A stretch of DNA of 64,000 nt from Sphagnum compactum (lineage: Eukaryota). The stretch covers positions 7,998,001 through 8,062,000 of the forward strand of contig OZ234494.1 in assembly GCA_965153455.1 (NCBI GenBank), written 5' to 3'. The position numbers and the translations under genes were made by a program. Under the pieces are notes generated by a model, which made no database searches, was not told where the DNA came from, and saw only the letters and a list, made by a program, of their open reading frames with translations. Positions 26,113 through 35,990 of the stretch are shown in pieces. Position 1 is the first letter of the stretch, and every line of letters begins with the position of its first letter.

Positions 26113-27724
26113 TCAGCTGACGAAGTCGAGGGAAGCGGGGTCGAGAGCTGGGTCCACATTATGTGAGTTTCGGACCCAGCACTGGTTGCGGATCTGGCCT
26201 TGAGTCCCGGTGAGAACACCAATCTTGCCCATCTTTCTGAAAGAGATGCCGAATTGCTGGAAGAACGCATCCTGGTTGGTAGCAAAGGTTTCCACCAGCT
26301 TTCTGGTGCGCTCGTCGTTGAACAGAGACTCGTCCGTGGTGAAGAGGCCCAGATTCGCTTCCAAGTTCTTGAAGTACTGGTTGTCGAATCGGGTCGGGGT
26401 TATCGGGTCGTTGAAAAACTGTGTATTGGTGTCGTAGTTGGGTAGCTTGAGGTAGCCATTGTCAGTGCAATTGGCCACTAGCTGCTTACTGTAATACTTG
26501 GGGTATTGAGGGTCGACTTGTGGGTAAAGTCGGTTGATTATGCTGCTGCAGTGAGCTTGTCCTATAGTGTGTGCGCCTGCACATTTCCGAAAAGCACGAG
26601 CTTATGTTAGGCTGCCCCTGCGGCTTGGGGCAATTCATCCTTTACTGGAGAAAGATTTAGAATTACTCCTGCAATATTATTGTCTTAATTAGGCGTTGTA
26701 ACCACAAAACATATCCAGTACTGAGGAGGCCGATCAGACCCAACTTGAAATCTTTAATGCAGGACTTCGATATAATTTTTAAGGCAACCATGAGGTGAGT
26801 GAGAGATGAATGACTCGCCTGAAAGTGCAACCAAATCGACTTCGTCTAGCCCAACAGTCTGGAGGTCTTCGAGCAAGCCTGAAACATTGAGGGTGAAAGC
26901 AGGCAGATATGTTTCGGCGCTTGGGGAATAGGAAGTAAGGCTATCCCTGCGTCCGAGCTCGATTTCATACAACGGTCCTCCAGCCTGTCACATACACGGA
27001 GGAGGAAGAAGAAGCCGTCTGGCGCGGTTAGTTGTTTTTATCTGTTGAAGGATCGGAATTACTGTGAAAGAAACAGCCGAAGCTAGTCTCGTGAAGCCCA
27101 TAGACTTTTAAGAATGCAAGCTGCTGCAGCGCAGCAATGACGTACCGCTTGGATGGAGTAGACAGCGACCAGAGCAACGACATCCGCGCAAGAAACCACA
27201 CCCGGACACTCTTTCTCCAGCTGCTCTTTAACCTCGTCGATGATGAAAAAGTTCCCCAGGCTGAAGTTGATGGACGCGTCCTTCTCCGCCTGGTTCACTT
27301 TGGTGGAGTTCAGAAGCACGGAAGCATCACACCCTTGCACAAAGCAGTCATGGAAAAACAAACGCAGCTGAGGTCCCGCACTAGTGGGATCCAGTTTAAA
27401 TTCTGCTGTTACAACTTTCTTCACAATCTCGGGCAACTGCGGACACGTCTTGTGGTAAAAACCAAATTCCAAAGGAGGCGCAAGGTATGCAGCAGCGACC
27501 GCATGGTTGTAACTGTTCTCAGCCAAATTTCGCGCAGATCTCGGCACAAATCTAAAGTGAGCTCCTTCAGCTACCATAGAGAAAGGAGACACAATCAACC
27601 CAAGAACAAAAACCAAAACAACAACCAAATCAAACGGAACCAATTTCCTCATTCTTGCACAACATTGATCACCACCACCACCACCAAGAAGACGAAGAAG
27701 AAGATTGCAGTGCTGCGACGTCAT
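26113..27724 (-). CDS. Class III secretory heme peroxidase, paralog 1; exons 27724-27146, 26984-26819, 26576-26113 (402 aa)
   Basis: Motifs RLFFHDCFVQGCDAS, VSCAD, GRRD, VALSGAHTIG, TPTRFDNQYF and MGKIGVLTG; all 8 canonical Cys present. Exons join in frame, with the typical 166-bp internal exon. Intron 1 is GT-AG, intron 2 is GC-AG. Confidence 0.95.
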
Positions 27725-27774
27725 TGCAAGTTATGCCGGCGAAATGTGACTCTTCCTCCAACAGTGCACTCGGG

Positions 27775-27986
27775 CGAGACACAAATTCTGAACGTTATTA
27801 GTTATTCCTGGAACACACACACACACACACACACACTCGTCGACAAGAGACAAATTCTGCACGAAATTATTCCTGGAACGTTGCACTCGACGGGCGAGAC
27901 ACAAAATTCTGAAATGGAATTATTCCTGGAACACACTCCACTCCGTAAGACACGAATTCTGAACGTAATGATTCCTGGAACACACA
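27775..27986. repeat. Four degenerate ~50-65 bp units, each with AATTCTG...ATTCCTGGAAC, upstream of the peroxidase 1 ATG (probable 5' UTR)
   Basis: TTCCTGGAA at 27805, 27870, 27923 and 27972, plus a (CA)n tract. Confidence 0.85.
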
Positions 27987-28046
27987 GCACACCCTAGAAA
28001 ACTGTTGACCAGAGGACAAAAGCTCAAAAATTACACAATGGATCTG

Positions 28047-28163
28047 GAGCGTGTGCCCGCTATCTATATACTACTGTATACAACACTACAACGGTCACTC
28101 ACGTGGATGAGCGTGTGTCGAGCGTGTGCCCAGCACTTTCCTTGGAGGAACCGCCTTACGTGG
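28047..28163 (-). promoter_or_regulatory. Putative peroxidase 1 promoter: TATATA plus G-box/ABRE-like ACGT elements
   Basis: TATATA 28065-28070, CACGTGG 28100-28106, TACGTGG 28157-28163 and three GAGCGTGTG copies (~28047, 28109, 28120). Motif match and position only. Confidence 0.45.
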
Positions 28164-29265
28164 TGACCTGCTATCTTTTACCTAAAGCCCTTTTTCTTTT
28201 CCAAATTCATTTATCCAAAAAAAAGACCTTCACTTTAACAGTCGGTTGGTGAAAAAGGAGTGATCTCTGTTAAGTCTGATAGCCACCTCAGAATTTTTAA
28301 ACAGTTTTTTTTTAAATTTTTAAAAAATCAAATTTGTGATATGGCTGAAGTGGGCTGTTCAATTTCAAATTTAGCTATTAAAATAATGAACGGGATTTCT
28401 TTTCTAAAGCGTCCTTCTACACTTTTGACTGCCTAATGGAACTTAACATATAATTTGAGAACTTTAAAAATATTTTCGAAATTTGGTGACTGAAATACCC
28501 AACAAAAAACCAAGTAGGTACTAATTTCTCACCATTCTGGAAAAAAAAAATTTAAATCTCTCTTTGGCGATCCAGATTCTTTTTTTTTTTTAATCTCAGA
28601 ATATATATATATATATATAGAATGATTTTAAAATAAAGAAGAAGTCAACTCTGTGGTCTAATTTTTTTTTATAAATTATTTAATGATTTTCTGGGGTTCT
28701 AGTTCTTGCTTTGGGTGTTGACTGAGGAAGGGGTAGAGTGTTGTCAGGAGTTTAGGACAACTTAGGGGAGGTTAGCCTGTAATAGGCACCTTCCATGCTT
28801 GCTTCCCCTTTACATTTTCTGTAATTTTTAAAGTTTTTATTTGATTTTCTTCTGGATGGCCCCATTTTTAACAGGAGTTTCCTTATTAAGAGTGCGGTGG
28901 GGATGGGTAGTGTGGGGGGGGGGTGTGGAGTGGGGGAGGGAGGTGGGTATGAAACAAAGGAGTTTGGCTTGTCATTGCCCTGGCTGACTATACAAGGTAA
29001 GAGGGAGAGGGAGAGGGGGGGGGAAAGGAGGGGGGGGTCCCACTCAAAAGTAGCGAGAAATTGGCTTTTGTAAAAGGCAATGAGCCCATCTCAATTCTGA
29101 CCTGGCGAATGACGTGAGATTTGCCAAGTAAGCATGACTGAGTAGTGCGCATGTTTTCGTCACCTTATTAGGACGGCTACTTGCCTTTCATCTTGGAGGA
29201 TTGTACGTGGACTCCCATATCTATGACACCTATGCACATTCTAACTATGGTGTAGCTCATATTTA

Positions 29266-29334
29266 ACTCTGTGATGAGTCCAGGTTTACCCTTCCCTGGG
29301 AGAAGGTAGTTGTTTAGAAACCGGTAAAAAGAGG
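29266..29334 (+). ncRNA. Degenerate minimal hammerhead-ribozyme-like motif
   Basis: TGATGAG(TCC) at 29272, then an internal hairpin, then GAAACCGGTA at 29317 with palindromic ACCGGT, flanked by CTCT/AGAG. C3 is replaced and stem II closes poorly. Confidence 0.3.
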
Positions 29335-29779
29335 GTATGTGCCAAAATCATTGTATGGCATATATATATATATATATATATATATGCATTTTCGTATCAC
29401 TTTTGGCATTTTATTTCTGTTCATTATGTTTAATTATCATGAACAAATTCTTATCATATGCTCTTGGAACCTTTTTCGATTTTAGTACCATTTTTCATTA
29501 TAAGAACCTTTTTATTTCATATATTCATTTATTTAAGAGTATTGATTGGTTTCATTCTATTCTTGTTAGTTTTGTTGATAGCATGTTTTGAAATGTCACA
29601 TGTTTGTTCATGTTTACAATGCCAATTGCACAAAGGAAATCATCTTTCTCCCAGTCCAAATGTGACATAATTGTGTAAATATATTTATTTACCTTATATA
29701 TTTACACTCTTATATTTGCATGGTATGTCTAAGCTAAATTTGAATTATTTACCCCTTACCTTTACCCTGCAAACAAGAT

Positions 29780-29883
29780 AAATGTTCATCACTTACCATT
29801 ACCCTTATGCGGATTTATCATTTTGCATGACCTATATACACTTACATTTTAGCGGTTTGGAATTGTTTTGAAGCCTATATACC
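29780..29883 (-). pseudogene. Possible decayed GIY-YIG endonuclease fragment
   Basis: One frame reads GI*ASKQFQTAKM*VYIGHAK**IRIRVMVSDEHL, resembling GIY-x12-YIG...R...EH but with four stops. Confidence 0.3.
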
Positions 29884-30279
29884 TTTTTACCTGGCTGATT
29901 TATGTTTCAAAATTCCATGTTTATCCTTGCCCAACTGATGTTTTTTTTATATACCCTACCCAACACTGGAAATAACAGGGGCTGGGAGACACCCCTCACT
30001 ATTTTTTGTTCAACAAAGTGTGGGGGGTGAGTTGAGGGTCACCTACAGTGTAAGTTTTTTCATTTTTTTGAGGGCTTTGGGAAGAAGGAAGGGAAGGTGG
30101 AAACTGGAAACCTAGCCTGCCTTTTCAACCAATTTCTTGTCTCTACAATTGAACCCCTATTAAGTTGACTAAAAGGAACTGGAAGTCAAGCAAATGTCTT
30201 TGTTTTTCCAGTTAGAAACAAAGTCTTGCGCTGTTTGAAGGCCAGATCTGAGTGGGGAAGAGCTGATGTCACGAGGGCC

Positions 30280-30402
30280 TAGTTCACTAGTCCCTGTTCA
30301 CTAAACTAATGGATTCATTAATTTTTAACTAGTCCTTGTTTACTAAGATCAGTGAATTTTCTCAAAATCTAATGAAATCACTTGATGTATAAGGAGACTT
30401 TT
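30280..30402 (+). repeat. Dispersed ~120-bp repeat, copy 2
   Basis: Collinear with 8990-9110. Confidence 0.65.
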
Positions 30403-30741
30403 TATTATGGTAGATTTGAGTGTGGTAGATCTGATGAAAGCAAACATAGAAGATTAACTTGTGTGTGGTGTATCACAGAGATGAGGGGCCATTGTCTGTA
30501 GCTGTGACGGCTTCAATTGCTAAAAGAAATCCTTTAGTTGTATTCTTGTTCCATTTTGTTTGTAGAGAGATCATCAGTGAAGGGGGATGGTGCTCCAATA
30601 AAAGCAATCCTTTTGGTTGTGTCCCTTCTCCATTTGTAGAGAAATCATTTGTAAGGAAATCACATGCTTATCAATTGGATGCATACTAGTGAGCCCAATC
30701 TGTAGGCAGGCTCCCTTGTCTTTGGGTTGCCTTTTTTATTT

Positions 30742-30896
30742 AGGAAACCATCTCCACCCTTGTTGTGCACACTAGGGTGCTTCCTTTTATTTATTTCTGC
30801 ACTTGGTTGGAAATCATCTTCAACCTTGTTGTGCACACTAGGGTGCTTCCTTTTATTTATTTCTGCACTTGGTTGGAAATCATCTCCAACCTTGTG
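30742..30896. repeat. 66-bp tandem duplication (~2.3 copies)
   Basis: TGTTGTGCACACTAGGGTGC at 30761 and 30827; units nearly identical. Confidence 0.95.
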
Positions 30897-33800
30897 TAAT
30901 CTGAGATCCTTCCTTGTTGATTTCTGCACAGCCAGCAGGCTGCCTGGACAATTACTGATGAAAGCCTAGCTGACAAAATAAGACAAGTCTGCCTTCCCAA
31001 TGACTGTCTTCCAGCTACATACTAGCTTGTTAAAAAGTGTTTACAAGAAAATGAAACTACTATGAACAAACATGAGAGTCATAACTTACTCAGTCCAACT
31101 GGTGGGGAAGCAACAGAAGAAGCAGGCCAAAAGAAAGCTACAAGTTCAAGACAAGTCACTAAGAATTACAAGGAAAGAGCAATCTCAAAGGTTTGGTGAA
31201 CATTATGTGTCAGAGTTTAGGGCTTAGGATGTAGGGTATCATAGGGGGAAAAAAATTCTGCCAAAAACCTTGAGCTTGAGTTCATAACATGCTATAAACT
31301 AGCATCGAGTTGCTTCTGCTATGCAGAGTGAGAATGAGAATTTAGCAAGCAGGGGTTAGTACTACAAGTCTAGAAGGTTTCTGACAAGCTTGACAGAAAG
31401 CACAAAAATCCAGCTAGCTTCGAGGCTGAGAAACTCTGGCCCCTACAACAAAGACCCAAGTCAATTCTAGTAATAAACAGTTGTAGTGTTCAACGGTGAA
31501 GAATAGTGAGATTTACCATGTAAAAAACCCAATGGGATGAGGGCAATGGGATGAGGGCAACAAACCGACCCAAAGTTTCCAAAGATAGTAAGTTGTGGGT
31601 TCGTCTATAATTGCTGCAATTCGTGTTGCCAAGTGTACCATACTTCAAAAGAGAAGATCAACTTGGATGGTGATCATTGGCAAGCTCAACTTTTGAGATG
31701 ATAATTTGTTTTTTCTAACCCAAACAAGGAGTGTGAGAATTCATTCATTCACTGTTGCTTTAAGTGCAATAAAACATTAAATGTTTGGTTTGATAGTCAC
31801 TAAGCCACATCTCACTCCAATGCCATGGCACCCAATTCTAGCAATTGTTCCAAGTGCCCAAACTTCATTCTAAACATATTATTATCATGTTCTTATTCTC
31901 AAAACACTAAACCGCTCATATTGTTTTGTTGCTCCCCAGTCCCTGATGATTTTCGAGGGGCTATGTGTGTCCAGCGTTGTCCATTTTTCCAGGGAAACCA
32001 AACTATGGCTGTCCTTCAGCCATTGTAAGTACAGATTTGGAATAAACTTTAGCTTTCCATCACACATGTGTTCCCAGCTGTAGCTAGAGTCACCTTATAG
32101 ATCATCCTTTGTCTTGCAATAGCTTTATCTGTAAAGTCACCCTGTCTTCACCCTGTGTTTGGGCCTGCTTTCACCCCCTGTCCCCTCTTTCAATGATATC
32201 TACAAAGTAAGGAAATTTTATTAAATCTCAGTATGAAATGCTGAAACTCAGCATTTAGTGCACAAGGTTCGAGAGTAATTGTAATCATTGTACATGTAGG
32301 AGCAGTGAAAATATATGTAGCAGCAGTGGAGGCGCACAGGAAAAAGGAAAAGATAAGATGAAACTCAGTTTAGCACCAAAATTGGTGGAAAAACTAGTTT
32401 GGGTCCCAGTTTTTTCGTTTTGTAAAATTTTCATTCCCAGTTACACATTTGATACCCTATTATGCCGAAACTGGTCATTCTCGGCCCCTGATCGCAGGGC
32501 ATCAGAGTTAACTCCAAAAGGGTTGGCATAGAAGATGCAGAAGATATGATCTCATAGAAGATGACATCTGTCCCTGCCTTTCTGAAGGAAAATCATCTGT
32601 TCTTTAAGTTCTTATGATGAGGGACTAAAGCTCATAGTCCTATGCAAGAGTTTCCAACATTCCCAACAGAAATTAATTTAAGGCATTTCCATATAATTAC
32701 AACTGTTCAAGGGAAAAGCACGTTGTTGATGCAACTCAACATCTTGAAGGTTCTAGGCAGCTGGGTCCAACTGTACATAGAGTAAGGAAGGTAATGAAAA
32801 TATCTCCTTATGACCCCATTCCAAATGTTGCAAAAGTCAGCAATTTGTTAAGTTATTCAGTTGACATCATAGGGGCTTCATCTCACCAGAAAGTGAAAAT
32901 TTTGGTGTAAGCGATTGACGTCAAAGTTGCCAGCCATTTTATGGCCGCCATGAACTGCCACCAACCAATGCACCATTTGTGATGGATGGTCAACAAAGGT
33001 ATTGCATTGACAACATCGAGGCATTTTCTTCCTCCACCTACCTACGTACTCATGTGCGTGCGCCCAACTACATGTAATAACTAACTAAACCTACTCACAA
33101 TATGCAGAAAACATGCCAGTTTGTACCAAAGTGAACATATTGCAAAATATTTGTTGTCTTTGAATTAAGTTTAACCACTAACAATATGATGAGTACCTTG
33201 GATGCAAGTATTGCTATGCATGATTGCTAACATGTAAGTTAACTTTAACCCAAAGATGACAAGTATTTTGCAATATCTTTGTTGTGGCTTTCATATGTAG
33301 GTTTAGGGTTTATGGATTTAAGGTTAATGTTTTAGGCATTGTTTTCATGTGTTTGTAAACCATAGTTTGTAGTGCCGATGGGAGTGCAATACCTTCACTT
33401 TTATGCAAATTATAATCATTAATTACAATGGAGGTGTAATATCTTCATTTTTATGTAATCATAATCTTTAAGGAAAGTGAGATTGCAATATCTTCATTTT
33501 TTTTATAAACATTCAAACTTGAAGGCATTAAGATATACAACACTTTCATTTGGCAAGGGCTTACATTACATTACATGTGCTTGTGTTTTCTTACATCATT
33601 TATGATGTTTGAAGTTTTTCCTTTTCCATTATTTTTCCCACCTAATCAAAAATGTGTTATGAAAAAAAATTGAATTTGCATTTAAAAAACAAAGAAAAAT
33701 GTATACAAATGTAGCATGTTATAAAATCAAAACATTATGGGAGTTGAAAAAATCCTCAAAACAAATTCACTTGAAAAATATCATAAATGAAATCAAGCAC

Positions 33801-35409
33801 ATCTTGCTTTGATTCCATGGCAAAACCTTTCTAGAACTCACTTTGTTGTCATTAGTGTCATGTATGCAACGATAATCAATTGGAGATTGAAACACTTTGT
33901 TTGCATGGCGATGCATGAAAAGTTAATAGCTCATAAGTAGATGCAAATTGCATCTACCACAAATTACTCCTTTGTGGCATCATGAAGTTCGATTCTTTTA
34001 TTTATTTATAGTTATCATATTGGAATTCAAGGCCTTCAACTTCACAAATAGGGAAAAAAAAATTCTTATAAACGTACTACCTTACCTTAAGGTCAAATTC
34101 ATCATGAAATAATCCTCAAAATAGTGAAGTAAATTGCCTATACAAATTTTGTTAAATTACACATTTTATTTTGAAAATTTATCATAATTTCAAATCATAT
34201 CAAAATATGTTAGATATTTTAGGTTTAGTTTTTTGTATCATAAGTTACAACTTTGTTTTAAATGTCATGTACATTACACCCCATTTACATGTGGGAAGAT
34301 TCTTAAAATTTGGAAAAAATTTAAACATAATTTGAATTTTCTAAAATTTTCAAATTTTGTAACTTTAAATTGTGAGTGTTTTTTTGAGTGTGGATAGTAG
34401 GTTATTATCATTTAAATTTTCTTACCATCAAAATTTACTTATTAAAAAAGTCATTTACCCTAGTCCTTTGCAAAATTCACTACTTCTAACATAACTATTG
34501 TTCAAGTTCAAAAATCCTTTACTAAAACCAAAACCAAAAATTTAATTTAGTGAATTTTTAATTTGAATTCCTCAACATTCATATTAGGCATTTAACACAA
34601 CTTGGAATGATTAAAATAACTTTAAATTTTCAAAATAAAAACATATGTCAAAAAATTATAATTTTCACCACTATCTGACATGGTTTTTGGCTCCTTTTAG
34701 CATATTCAAATATGAAAATCATGGGTCCATGAATATAGTGAGTTTTTCTCAACACCATTCCTTGCATTTTAATTTGGTTGTTTTTAGATCAACCCTACAA
34801 GACTAAATTTAGGTCAATGTGTTAATAAGGTAAAACCCAAAAGCCAAGTTATGTTATCCATGGGTTGATACCTTAAACCCCAAGCAACATAATTATCATC
34901 AACTTGGATTTTGATTTAATTAGTTGCAGGTCAATTAAATTTCAACATTTTTAATTTTTCCATTGGAATATTCAAATAGTTCCAATAGTTCCAACACTTG
35001 ATGTGTGATCTATACATCCTTGCTAAAACCCTAATTGCATTTATCATGCTCCTAGATTTGTGTCGTCATACATATTTTTTAATGTATGCAAGCCTTTATC
35101 TTATGGGTGGTATTGGCAAATGAATTGTCGCAAATTTCGTATTAAATTATTTTGTGGTTGTTGTAGAAAATACAATGATGAAAAGGTGTGCATTGAAAAT
35201 GGAGAATTGAATTTGAGTGGGCTTGACTATTAAACCTTCTACACGTAACAAACCAATAGTATTTCCATTAAACTTGCAAAAAATTGCCAAAATGACCACA
35301 TGGCTAAGGGAACCATTTAAACTGATCAACTTGCTAGTATTTCATTAAATGATTCAGATTTGGTCCACCTTTCAATTCCCCCCTAATTTCATAACATTGT
35401 TGTATAAAA

Positions 35410-35990
35410 AAATGAAAGCATATGGCAACCACTTCAAGGTTGAAGATAAAGGTAGCACTGCGGGTTACATATGATTCTTATGTGAGATTTGTTTTCCAAC
35501 AATCAAAAGGGATTGAGGATGTATGCTTGGAGTGATCCCATATGAATTGGAGTCTTGAAGTAGATTTTGAAATTAAATTACGTCCCATGTCTTCACCCAT
35601 TCTTTATTTTTCCTACAATTGGGTGAAAAGTGGGATTGATAATAGAAGCAACCCCACAGACAAATAAGACGATGCAAATTTTTTACTTGCAAATTTTCAA
35701 CATTTATTACATCAATTCAATGAGCCTTTTATTTTCCCTTCACAAGCTAACAATGTTTTTAGAGTGAGCCCAAGATGCCATTGTGAAAGGTTATACTTCA
35801 TAAAGAGTTTAAAACTCATAGAGTTACAGCAAACACATTTGATGATTGCATTGAAACACATGTTGTGTGTGGACTAGAACCTTTACTAAAATTTGTAGAT
35901 ATAAAAAGTAGTAGAACATTGGTAGGTGTAATAGAATTGAATAGAGAAGAAACTCTATTGGTTGCACAAATCTTGCATGGTGCAATCTTC
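35410..35990 (+). mobile_element. Decayed CACTA (En/Spm) transposase C-terminal (DUF4216-like) relic
   Basis: Frame-broken peptides MKAYGNHFKVED, YNWVKSGIDNRSNP, FLLANFQHLLHQFNEPFIFPSQ and KVILHKE match, from recall, the Tnp2 C-terminal region of plant CACTA elements. Many stops and frameshifts. Confidence 0.55.

Noticed and set aside
27137-27997. 286-aa plus-strand ORF (and 45486-45887)
   Set aside because: Antisense shadow of GC-rich peroxidase exon 1.
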